Assembly: GCA_002633005.1 (NCBI GenBank)
Contig: NMRA01000412.1
Coordinates: 219,452-283,451 of the forward strand
Reading direction: 5' to 3'
Source of the DNA: Phoronis australis
Taxonomy: Eukaryota; Animalia; Phoronida
Length of the DNA: 64,000 nt
Shown: positions 48,193 through 59,426 of the stretch, piece by piece
How the letters are laid out: each line of letters starts with the position of its first letter
Position numbering within the stretch: position 1 is the first letter of the stretch
Notes under the pieces: model-generated
What the model was told of the DNA's origin: nothing
Seen by the model: the letters and a program-made list of their open reading frames with translations, nothing else
The model's database searches: none
Made by a program: the position numbers and the translations under genes

Positions 48193-50255
48193 CCTTGATT
48201 ATTTTAAGTGGAACTTTTCTTTCCCAGCAACCGTACCTTAACATATTAAATTGATTAAAAATGTTGGTACAGATTCAATTTGGGTTTATGTTCAAATGTA
48301 AATATGACTTGCTAACATCCAAAATGTATGTACATAGTACGGTATGTGCTGATTCTCTGTATGCATGTATTACAATTACAAGTTTTATGTACCTATTATG
48401 AATTTTTATTTTTTTTGTTGTGCATTACAAATGGGATCTTTATCCATGCTAGATGTGTCTCACACAGCAGACTTGCTCAGGACATCTGTTCTCACCGCAG
48501 AAACTTTGATCAAGAAACATCTGCATACTTTTGATACTTTTAACACACTGTCCTCTGTCAGTTTGTATCCATTTTGATGATGAAGTTCACTTTTAATCTC
48601 TTTTAAAATTCTGTGCTTAAACATAGACAGTATTTGGTGAATGCAAAGCAGAGAACCCCTCCCTAGTGTATATTGTGGGCACTCTACTTTTGGATTTTCT
48701 CATGTTTTAGGCATTCTGAACCGGACTTCTCCCACTTATGTGTTTCGTTGTGGAAGGGAACTGTAAGCATTTTCGACCATAAACTATTCTCAATGCACAA
48801 AACCGGTCAATGGTATTGCACTCAAGCCCCGACCAACACTGTTGGCCGACACCATTCACTAGCGGCTCCTGGTGTAATGGCACATTGACAAGTTCGTTGT
48901 TGGCTCACTAACCGGCTCACTAACCGGAAGCTGTCGTGATGAGACTGGCACCTCCAGGAAACTCCATAGCAAAATATGGGGAATTGCGATCCATCTTTCT
49001 ACAGAAGTTAGTGAACGGCCTTTTTTTCTGCGGCAGGTGGTGCTTGGGAGAGCTAGATGCCATATGTGCAGTCGTGTCCACTATTCACAATAGCCGTTCA
49101 CACATTTTTGGTCAGCGTTGCAGCAAGTGTAGTAACTACTTTGATACGCACAGCATTGTTCATTTGTTGGACATGGGTGATCGTCACAGGTCAGTTTACG
49201 TGGGGGCGGAGTTGGCGGATCATAGGAGCATTGAANCCTTGATTATTTTAAGTGGAACTTTTCTTTCCTAGCAACCATACCTTAACATAAATTGATTAAA
49301 AATGTTGGTACAGATTCAATTTTGGTTTATGTTCAAATGTAAATACACGTATGACTTGCTAACATCCAAAATGTATGTATTACAGTATGTGCTGATGCCC
49401 TGTATGCATGTATTACAATTACAAGTTTTATGTACTTATTATGAATTTTTATTTTTTTGTTGTGCATAACTAATGTGATGTTTATCCATGCTAGATGTGT
49501 CTCACACAGCAGACTTGCTCAGGACATCTGTTCTCACTGCAGAAACTTTGATCAAGAAACATCTGCGTACTTTGATACTTTTAACACACTGTCCTCTTTC
49601 AGTTTGTATCCATTTTGATGATGAAGTTCACTTTTAATCTCTTCTAAAATTATGTGCCTAAAGCATAGACAGTATTTCGTGAATGGGAAAGCAGAGAACC
49701 TCTCCGTAGTGTATATTGTGAGAACTCTACTTTTGGATTTTCTCATGTTTTAGGCATTCTGAACCGGATTTCTTCCACTTATGTATTTCGTTGGGGAAGG
49801 GAACTGTAAGCATTTTCGACCGTAAACTATTCGCAATGCACAAAACGCCTCAATGGTATTGCACTCAAGCCGCGACCAACACTGTTTGGCCGACACCATT
49901 CACTAGCGGCTCCTGGTGTAATAGCACATTGACAAGTTCGTTGTCGGCTCACTAACCGGCTCACTAACCGGAAGCTGTCGTGATGAGACTGGCACCTCCA
50001 GGAAACTCCATAGCAAAACATGGGGAATTGCGATCAACGGCATTTTTTTCTGCGGCAGGTGGTGCTTAGTCAGGGGGAGCTACATGTGCAATCGTGTCCA
50101 CTATTCACAATAGCCGTTCACACATTTTTGGTCAGCGTTGCAGCAAGTGTAGTAACTACTTTGATACGCACAGCATTGTTCATTTGTTGGACATGGGTGA
50201 TCGTCACAGGTCAGTTTACGCGGGGGCGGAGTTGGCGGATCATAGGAGCATTGAA
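48193..50255 (+). repeat. About 1.03-kb diverged direct duplication across the N at 49236 (probable two haplotypes of the same segment)
   Basis: 48193-49235 vs 49237-50255. The first copy carries the last about 50 codons of the GH76 ORF (49081-49235) and stops at the N. Confidence 0.85.
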
Positions 50256-51477
50256 CACCGATACACGATGTACCCGCCTGTATGGCAGAGACGAACAAGT
50301 CAAGCACTGCCGTCTGTTGCATCGGCGCTGTGAAGTTGAAGGGTCCGCGCCAGTTACTGCCAAATACTGGACCAGTTCTGTTGTAAAACGGACGTCCATC
50401 TCTGTAGTCAATTATACAGGCGGCGTTCAAAGTTGCGTTGCAGGAAGAATGCTTAAGAACGGAATTAATGTTATATTGCAACCAGTTACTGTACACCTGG
50501 GTACGACTTTTAGTCGAGGTATCCAACAAGTATCTCAAATTGCGAACAAATATCCCTTTGAATACTTTTGCGTCATCATCGCAACCTTGCGCGTCGCACC
50601 ATTCTGTTAAGACACCCTTAACTGAACTGCGCGCTATGGTGCTGTTGGCAACTGCGTACGCCAGCTCTAGGTACTCTGATTGGTTTTTGACTTTGTACAT
50701 TTCCACCAATCCTCCAATCAGAACGCCGCTGTTGTAGGTGGGTCCGTACACCTGATTGTTTGTACAATTCCACGTTATGCCATCTGCCACTTGAAAGGTT
50801 GTCTCGTTTATTATCTTATTTTTCACGATGAAATTCCATGTCAGTTTTACTTGGTCGAGTAATGTACCATTGGTTTTATTTGTCAAACGGTAAAGTTTAG
50901 CTGCTAGTTGTAACATTTGGACATTAGTTATTGTTTGTTTCGAACCAAGCGTCTGGTCAAACCAGAAACCACCTTGGCATTGTCCGGTTCGGTCCCATCC
51001 GTTTTGCCAACACCAATCGTATATGCGTTTTGCGGCGTCTAAAAACTCTTGCCACCCAAAAACCTCGTACGCTCTTAAGTATGACAACCCGTACCAGCCC
51101 ATGTCGTCGTACGACGGTTGTGGAGCGTAGGCTTCCAATAGACTATACAAATCCCTCCATGAGCTCTTGACCACCTTTTTGTACCTTGAGTTGTTCGCGT
51201 AAACCATAAAATTTACCATAGGTTCCAGTACGGCACCGTTCTGCCAAAAACCGTCGAAGCCGTTCCACACTTGATAACTGAACAAACCCGCTATAGGGGA
51301 TGGAAACCAGTTACGTTGAAGCGCATACTGAGTTTGACATGCAAGAAAAGCATTAGAGTCGTCGCCGAACATTTCTTGAGTGCAGGAACCATTTGCCGTT
51401 GTCGCCAGAAGGTTGTAACTCTGAAGATAGACAACGAAGAAGACGAGAGTACTCATTTGCACACAACACGTCATCAT
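50101..51477 (-). CDS. Secreted glycoside hydrolase family 76 (alpha-1,6-mannanase-like) with Pro linker and C-terminal 8-Cys domain; single coding exon, 458 aa
   Basis: Intact 458-aa ORF with a hydrophobic N-terminal signal-like segment. GH76 motifs: YDDMGWYGLSYLRAYE (adjacent catalytic Asp-Asp), WD..C.GGFWF, KQTITN, TYNSGVLIGGL, GVLTE.C...C..D...FKGIFVRNL. Confidence 0.88.
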   Translation of the reverse strand: MMTCCVQMSTLVFFVVYLQSYNLLATTANGSCTQEMFGDDSNAFLACQTQYALQRNWFPSPIAGLFSYQVWNGFDGFWQNGAVLEPMVNFMVYANNSRYKKVVKSSWRDLYSLLEAYAPQPSYDDMGWYGLSYLRAYEVFGWQEFLDAAKRIYDWCWQNGWDRTGQCQGGFWFDQTLGSKQTITNVQMLQLAAKLYRLTNKTNGTLLDQVKLTWNFIVKNKIINETTFQVADGITWNCTNNQVYGPTYNSGVLIGGLVEMYKVKNQSEYLELAYAVANSTIARSSVKGVLTEWCDAQGCDDDAKVFKGIFVRNLRYLLDTSTKSRTQVYSNWLQYNINSVLKHSSCNATLNAACIIDYRDGRPFYNRTGPVFGSNWRGPFNFTAPMQQTAVLDLFVSAIQAGTSCIGVQCSYDPPTPPPRKLTCDDHPCPTNEQCCAYQSSYYTCCNADQKCVNGYCE

Positions 51478-52803
51478 GTCAAAACTATGTCAGTCTAAGT
51501 AAATGACATACATGTACTAGGAACCTAATCGTATGCTATATCACTCTCGTTAAAGTACTTTGAACTTGGTGATAAGATACCAAGACGGCCATTGTGTTCA
51601 CCAACTATCACTATACAGAGCAAGTTCGTGCGCCAAGAGACAGTGGAATATGCAAGCTGTCAGGCAGGGTTGCAATTCGCTGGGTTAAGGGTTCTTGATA
51701 CCGTAATGTAAAGGAAATGTGCATCCTGCTAACGAATTTGAGGGCCCATCGATCTCTAATCTCCTCTAGGTCGCTTCCCAGCTGGCAGTCATAATTTTCA
51801 CCCTGCCCCGCTTTCCGGTGTCACAAATTCAACCCCGACGACACCTGGTACTTTGAAGCGGGTTTCACGGCCGGGCTTTGAGATTATAGGTAACAGCAGT
51901 ATCATCCAGCACTGAATGATGGATTTTGTAAACTTGGATGTAACATGTATTGCACCAGTGCTCCTGACTTTGCTAAGGTGAAGCAAACTAGGCTTAATGC
52001 TGAAGGTGCAATGGTATTCCTAGGCACAGGGCCATCTCAGGCTAGGTATAGTAGGGGGCCCCACGACCATGGGTGCTCCACGTCGACCAATTGCGACTTG
52101 CTGTCAAGAGTAAAAGTCTAATGATACAAACTAACTTGCATGCTCGTAGCCGGATTTAAGATTCAGGGCCCTCCGTTATCAAGAAGTAGTGGCGTACCCG
52201 GACAAACAGTGTACGGATTCTGCCTTGCAGTCATACGAATTGACACAACTTTGTCGCAACGAGAACAAATTTCTTATAGATTTGGGTTGAAAAATTTCGG
52301 AAAGTTTTAACGCTCCATAAATAAAAACACGTGCTCAAAGGCGCTGACTATTTTATGTCGCTCAATGTGCGGGTAATATTTTTTCCGACCAACACATTTA
52401 CAGTGAATGTTGAGTTCTTGGGTTTGTCGCTCTGATGTACATGTGAACCCGAGTACGCGACTGACAAAACTTTTTACAATGACGCTTCCTAAATGGTTTG
52501 GGAAATTTGAATGAACTACAAATTTCGTTAAAATAGTGATTGAAAACCAAGCTGATGTCGATAAAAACCTTTAAGTGAAACGTTTTCGCTTATTAGACTG
52601 GACTTACAGAACAAACAACTCTATATTGTACATGTGGCCATCGGCCCAAAGTAGGCCTACGACATACATAAACAAAATCAACTTTTGACACGCGACTCCT
52701 TGGTTTACCCAAACATCAGAGAAATAATACATTGATTGTAAATTTCTGACAGAGATTGCCCAAATATACTTATGTAAACCATTTTCATCTAGCCTGTACA
52801 GCA

Positions 52804-53064
52804 CATGCGCGCATCCAGCCTACATGTAAAATATAGGGGAGCTCGAATTTTTCGATAAGCGGACCTTTTACTGAAAGAAATCACCGAGGACTAAGAAAAA
52901 AGGGGCCACTGGGTTCAGGCCTACGAATTGTGAATCCGTACCGACTTCCTGTGGATTTTGTGTTGTCTCGTTTACTCGGACTTTTTGTTTCACTGATGCG
53001 GACCTTTTTGCCCAATTTCCTAATTTGGGGGGCCCCGAGCCCCCCCCCNCTGTGTGCGCCCATG
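52804..53064 (-). mobile_element. MITE family B, copy 2
   Basis: CATGGGCGCAC ... GCGCGCATG termini; homology to 21975-22190. Confidence 0.6.
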
Positions 53065-55859
53065 CAGCATGTTGTAACCGACCCTTCTATAGTGTTCCTG
53101 AGGCATATTAAAAAAGTTAAACCAGTATCTAATACAACTAAAAAGCATATCTTAAACATAGGGTATTTTCCACATTCACCCAATACTTCAGCGTTAGAGC
53201 AAGCCGAACTGCCAAGTCTCCTTCACAGAATATTAATTCTTACTCAACACTATCCTCCGCACCATAATACAATGTTGGGTACCCCAGTTTATCAAATAAC
53301 TGAAAGGCTGGTCTTAGTTCACTTTACTTATTATAATGCTTTAGTGGAAACAGAGTTTAATATCGAGATATTCCTCCGTTCAGTTCCAGACTTAGCCAGA
53401 AATACTAACAAAACTACCAGAAGTTTACTTAATCATTTTCATTCTGACAGGCTGAACAAGAAGAGGGAACCCCTCGCAAGAGTAGGCCTAGATCTTGTAC
53501 ACATGACCTGTTTCATTCAGTGCTGTAGTGGGGCGTAGGCACAGCAAACCACCTATTGGCATGTGAACGTAGCACTTACGCACCGTAATTAAGTTACGTT
53601 ATAGTGGATCGCAGGTACACGTAGGCGCAGCCAAACATCTTTTTACGTTATGCATTAAGACTCTTCCTTGCATTTGTTACAGCTGAATGTGAACGAGCAT
53701 TCAGCGAAATGAATCGGACGGTCAACAGACTATCGAAGGGACCCGAGGACACATCCACTGGCGACTAGAACGCCGCCAGCATACATGTATCTTTTCTGGG
53801 CGCTTCGCGACTGTTTTGCTTTATAATTGTGTTTAATCCCCGTTCAGAGACCACTTTGCCTTCCAATATGTGTGATTGAGCCCCTTTCTGCGACAAAGTC
53901 CTAGATTTTCCACTGCAGACTCAAAATAAATACTTACTCGTGAGTCAAAAATAGGCTTACATACTGTGTGTTTGTGAGGTTTTGCGAATTCCAGGCACTT
54001 TTAAAATTCAGTGCTCAAGGTGATGTGGTGGGCTTAGGGCGCCTACTTACCTCTACTTTTATCACTACAGCACTGGTTTCATTGCGAAGTCGAGTATCTT
54101 CATTAGCGCTAATAGTCCTTAATGGTAATTGTTAGTCCTCGATGAAAGAAAATCGTGTCGTTGCAACAATTAAAGTGAACAACTTGAAAGTCACCGAGTT
54201 CGGTTGAAGTTACTATTAAAAACAAATGGAAATGTTAACCCAATCTATTACCAACGGAAGTACATGTATCTGGCTTCAAATTATTTTAATAATTTCATTT
54301 GGAAATTGGTGTTCAATTAAAGGGGTTCTTTTCGAGGTGTTTATACTTTAAAAGAAACGGAAAGAGTGTATTTAATTTATGCGAGACATCCTCAACATTG
54401 TTCAGCAACTGTGGATAGATGCACAGTGGTGGTACATGTACAGTGTATGTTACATTTTGTAAATTGTGCCCTGGCGTGATACTACTGTTACGAAGTTCAG
54501 TTAAAATTTTGATTAAGCGGAGCGTGGGCCCTGTGTATCTCATGAAATCTTCAATTGGAATGTGTAAAATGCTATTTTGCTAGTGTCAGAAGATAACAGA
54601 AAACTGAGCTTATAGGATCTTCCGTAATCTCAGAGCGACTTAGACTCGGTTAAATTCAGACTAAAAGCTTGTCTTATCACCCCGAGTGATCAAAAAACAA
54701 ATTTGGATGTTTTCCCAAAGCGAGCGATGAGTGTTTCTAGTGAAGTGATTAAGCACCGGCGGCACCCTGTGCCCGGTTTCATGGAAACTTACCAAGCAGG
54801 GACCCGACTAAGTATCTTACATCGTCTACGTATTTGTCTTCGTTTACTCACAAAAGACACGCTTTTCTATTATTTTATTTCTATTATGAATTCCTTTTTA
54901 ACTAATGACGTTTTAAATGTCAGAAATTGGCCCTCATTTCAAAGTTAATAAATAGTCTAAAGTGACAGGTACACTGTATAGGCGAGAAAGACGATTTTCT
55001 GAAATAAGCATCTTTGCCTCTGAAGCCTTTGATTACAGCGCATCTGTGGCAGACATCGGCGATAATCAGCAATTTGAAATGAAATGAGTATCCCTACTCT
55101 TGGAAATGGCCATCTAGCTGGTTCGCTCTGGTGGGTGTGGTCAGGGGAGCCAGCCATGAGAATGACACTCAAAAATTGAGGTAGGTCAACTTTTCTGGTA
55201 ACCACTTAAAAATACATGCGGCACCTACAACTCAATTGACTATATCAAAATTATCCACTGCCTGGCAATTTACGTGGCGGGGAACATCAGCCCGCAAGCG
55301 CGTTTAACTGAAGCCAAAAATTGAGCTAGATCAACCTTAGAGGTAACCGCTTGAAACTGGTTACAGTTTATTCAACATACATGTAGGCCAATGTATCGTG
55401 AATGAATACTGCCAGAAATATTCAGTGGTGGATTACCTCGCCAGACACGCCTAAATCTCCGAGATGAGCTAGCCCAACCCACCAGGTTACCGGGTGAAAC
55501 CAAATGTACATGTACATGTACAGTGCTGATCGAATCCAACGTCCTATCGAACGCGGCTAGGCCGCGTCCGGATACGGGTTCCAAACCGCGGTTGGACCGA
55601 GGCTAGCTCAGGTCCGGACTTCGTCTGACCGCGGTTAATCCGAAGTGAAGTCGCGTCCGTGCTATGCCTTGGCTTTGTTTTTACTTCGCTCGGAAAGCTG
55701 GAAATACTGGGGGGTTACTGTAAGTAAGCGTATGATGAGGCGATTAAATGTTCTATNTTGTTCTACCTCGGTTGTGATAAGTTCGGTCGTGGTTTGATTT
55801 TGATTACGAGTCAGTCAACATGCCACGCTGTTGCTGCGTACTGGGTGTACTCATTATCG

Positions 55860-56619
55860 TGTCACGTACAGAGGAAGATCTGTCCCACTTGCCCGAGTGT
55901 CCCACGACACACTCCCACTGGAGGGTGATCTGAGCACCCAAACTGCTTACATCCCGCCGTGTGACTCCCTCGCCACACACCTGACACCTTCCAAATTGCT
56001 CCAATACAAGTTCACAATAAACTTATCAAACTTAGGCTCACCGATCTGTTCATTGGATGACGAACTGTCCTCTTCACTGGGTGTCGAACTGGGCCTGTAT
56101 TCACTCCCACTACTCAACATCGCTGCAGGGCTGCTTACAGGCTGTGGGCTAGAGACAACAGCACAGGGCGAATCACTGCTAGTTCCCGGAATTGCACGCA
56201 ATGGGGGTACGTTCGGAAGCACGAATGACAGTAGATGAAGTGCCTCCAGTCACTGTATATAGTGGTCACAGCTCGTGAGGCTTCTCGCTTCAAAAACGCA
56301 CTTCTCGGGGTTGGCGACGGGGCATTGCCGGGAATCAACAGCGACGGTATGGTACCCTTCTTCAGGCGTTGTTTCGCAGGGACCTTCATCAATTCAGTGT
56401 ACATATCTCTCGTAATCTGACGGCAGAAAATGCTTGCCACACTCTTGGTAACCTTCCACTGCTTCGTACGTTGCGTGGACGGGTAGCGCTGCGTTCTCCA
56501 CATAAACGAGCTAGCCAAGTACGGCGAAGTGTGTCATCCTTCGGAAAGCGACGCAAGGTACCCAAAGCGCGTGTGAGACGATAATTAGTACATCCCGGCA
56601 CGCAGCAACAGCGTGGCAT
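55860..56619 (-). pseudogene. Frameshifted THAP zinc-finger transposase N-terminal remnant
   Basis: ATG at 56619; the domain is split over several frames (ORFs 56389-56619, 56135-56518, 55947-56222, 55804-56004). Confidence 0.7.
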
Positions 56620-56879
56620 GTTGGCTAACTTGTAAACAAAAGCAAACGACGACCGAACTTATGACAACCGAGGTAGAACAATGACTGACTCGACAGCTCT
56701 CAGACTATAATGAAAAAAAATTGGCGCGAAACTCTTGCCTCCCAAAACATCACTTCCGGAGTAGAGGACGAGATATTAATCAAATTACGAAAAGCAGTAA
56801 ATAAGTGAAAAATGTGTCTGGGATAATCAACGAACCTTATTTTTGCTAAAAGTAAAATGAAAAACGGTTGCCTTCGCCT
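55860..56879 (-). mobile_element. Decayed THAP-domain DNA transposon (Kolobok-like), 5' part only
   Basis: Minus strand starts TTAA|AGGCGAAGGCAACC at 56879. THAP domain spread over shifted frames: MPRCCCVPGC..FPKD..W, CGKHFLPSDY, RLKKGTIPS. Then an acidic/Ser linker and KFIV..CQVC..ITLQWECVVGH..W, a Cys/His motif seen in THAP-transposases. No catalytic core is present. Confidence 0.65.
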
Positions 56880-59244
56880 TTAATATTGTTCGGGAGAAGG
56901 TGCAAACCTCAAAATTACTGAACCTGTTTGTATGTACATGTACATGTAGCATCGATAAATTTGTACACGAACATCTCCCACCTTTTACATGTAGTAGAGT
57001 CGATCCCTAGCCGTTTTTGCTTCGAAAATGGAGTGCTATATCGCGAGTTTTGGACCTTTATTTTTGTTCGGCAAAAGCATTCCACCACTGGAATCGTATG
57101 ACAGGTAAAAGTTGTCACATATGTGGAATGATGTGGAATGCATTGCACTTGGTTTTGACAACTGATTACCTATCTGATGGGTTGATCTAGCTCAACTCTG
57201 AGGTTTGGGCATTTCGGGGAGGGTGGCGGTTTAACCCAGGTTATGTTAAATATTTTGCCATCGATTTTATGTGGTTACCTCTTGGGTTGATCTAGCTCAA
57301 TTTTTGGACCATATTGTTTTCCTCTGGAAGGGGCACCACACCACTGAAATTTTCTGGCATATAACTGTTGCGCTACATGGAGTGATGCTCGATGTTATAC
57401 AATTGGTTTCAACCAGTTACCTGGTGGATTTGGCTAGCTCAACTCGGAGATTTGTGCGTGTCTGCATGGCGAAGGTGGTCCACAATCGAATTTTTCTGGC
57501 AGTGTTCATTCACGATACATTGGTCTATATTGAATAAATTGTAACCAGTTTCTGGTGGTTAGATCTTGGGTTGGTCTAGCCCAACTTTTGACCTCAGTTA
57601 AAACCGTCTCAGGGGTTGCTGTTCACCACCACGTAAATTGGCTGGCAATGGATAATTTTTGTATAGTGATTTGAGTAGTAGGTGTCGCAGGTATTTTTAA
57701 GTGGTTACCAGAAAAAATGATCTTGCTCAATTTTTGAATGCCATCCTCATGGCTCCCGTGACCACACCCACCAGAGCAAATGGCTATTTCTTAGCATTGG
57801 TATCAAGGAAAATTGATTACGTTTTTATGCTCAAGACACCCCTGGCATTTCGATATGCAGTACATGTATTTACCTTTTCCGTCACAGATTGACTGCAATG
57901 AAAACGGAATGAAAATCGGACTACTGGAGTATTTCAAAGCCAATTTATTGTTACTCGAACTTCCGGCAAAGTAACCTGGTTGCAAAACATCGAGATTCTT
58001 CGTTTTTCATTTTTTGATTCACAAACACATTTCATCTATACATTAGCTTAAATCACGTGTTGTTATGAATTCTAAATATAAAGCTGCTCAAAAGCTGCGT
58101 TTAGGTAATTTAATATTGACTTTTATTTCCTGGTGTTCGGATTAAACGTCATTTCTGGACTTGAAACACCTGCTTGATAAGCCTTTGTAGTGTGATATTT
58201 AACGTGTTATGACGAGATATAAGCAAGTCGTCATAACTTGTGTTATTGATCCATTTCAGACCAAAGAACTAGAAGTGTTCTATGATCAGACTAAGGCATA
58301 TGGCTGCGTGAAGTGCAGAGATCCATTACTAAACCACTAAAGGCAAATTTCTTCAGTAAACGAAACTTGAGCAGAAACTATCGAGTTGGTTTTAAAATGT
58401 TGAATTCAATCTTTTTTAAAGGAGACATTTCTATGTATCATACGAGATAGCAATCGAAACTTTTGGGTGGTTAAGAGCTTTCAATGAGACTTGCATGTAA
58501 TTATTGCCTTGGGCATGCTTTGCATATTCTAGAGAAAAGAATGCGGATTAGGTGACAGGATTCGCCATACATAGTGAGAGCCCTCGGCATCTCGAGTGTT
58601 CAGTAGGTTATTGATAACCCTACTACGGGTTTATTAGGCGTGTCTGTCGTGTGGACTCTCCGTGTAGACGCCTGAGTATATACATGTACATGTACCTCCT
58701 ACCAGTGCACTTGCAGAAAGGAGTGGTTGTTCCCGGAACCAACCTAACCAGAATAATTAGCATGGGGTTTTCCCCTATTGGTGTGCTATGTCAATCATCT
58801 GTCCCATGCCGGCATTGGTAATTTGAGTGAAATAATGCTATTGTGGACTCTCTCAAACTTGACATTCGCTCGAATAATATCTGTAATTCGGTGTCGACTG
58901 AGTTTGGTCTTCTGAAACTCCTGTCAATTGTCTGTTGTTTATTGTATCTTGTTCTCTTTTGAGGCGGTCTTATCATAAATGAATAATAAATACCGGTGCA
59001 TTAAACGTAGGTTTACATGTATGCTGAAACGACGAAAACAGACAAATACATGTATTATTCAAATTCCAATCTGCAACTACATAAATGTGTAATAAAAAGT
59101 GTCGAAAGATGGCGAAGTAAAATGCTGTGTCTTAAAAGAAACAGTATTTATTCCTCACTGTGGTTTTCCTAGACATGTAACCGTTTTTAAAATAACCATA
59201 TAAGTTATGTCACGGAGTCACATATCAATTTAAAATCGAAACTT

Positions 59245-59313
59245 GGCTTGGGAGGGATTTGAAGCTGGGACTCTGAATTTGCAAGCGCACACGTTACCGC
59301 TATGCCACAGCAC
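59245..59313 (-). mobile_element. tRNA-like Pol III cassette (SINE head or tRNA pseudogene)
   Basis: Minus strand TGTGGCATAGCGGTAA (A box) ... GCTTCAAATCCC (degenerate B box); stems are poor. Confidence 0.45.
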
Positions 59314-59426
59314 GTGCACTACTAGGAGAGTTAAAATAATGTTTATTTACATGTTGTAAGCAAGGACACTCATGTCTGATACACATTACTTGACTTGAGT
59401 GTAATATTACTCGAGGCAAAAGGGAA

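Larger units (their letters stand above)
55085..57805. repeat. About 400-bp diverged inverted repeat pair (about 55085-55500 and about 57400-57805) enclosing the THAP element
   Basis: GCTCTGGTGGGTGTGGTCA..CTGGTAACCACTTAAAAATAC.TGCG.CACCTAC..AAAATTATCCA appears on the + strand on the left and as its reverse complement on the right. Confidence 0.75.

Noticed and set aside
49057-49242. Second GH76 gene copy / tandem paralog
   Set aside because: Only the last about 50 codons are present and they end exactly at the N join; best explained as an allelic contig overlap.
50020-51498. Plus-strand ORFs (e.g. 50020-50610, 196 aa)
   Set aside because: Antisense shadows of the GH76 ORF with no recognisable motifs.
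52930-53538. 202-aa plus-strand ORF
   Set aside because: It reads through a MITE and an N gap with no domain signal; likely spurious.
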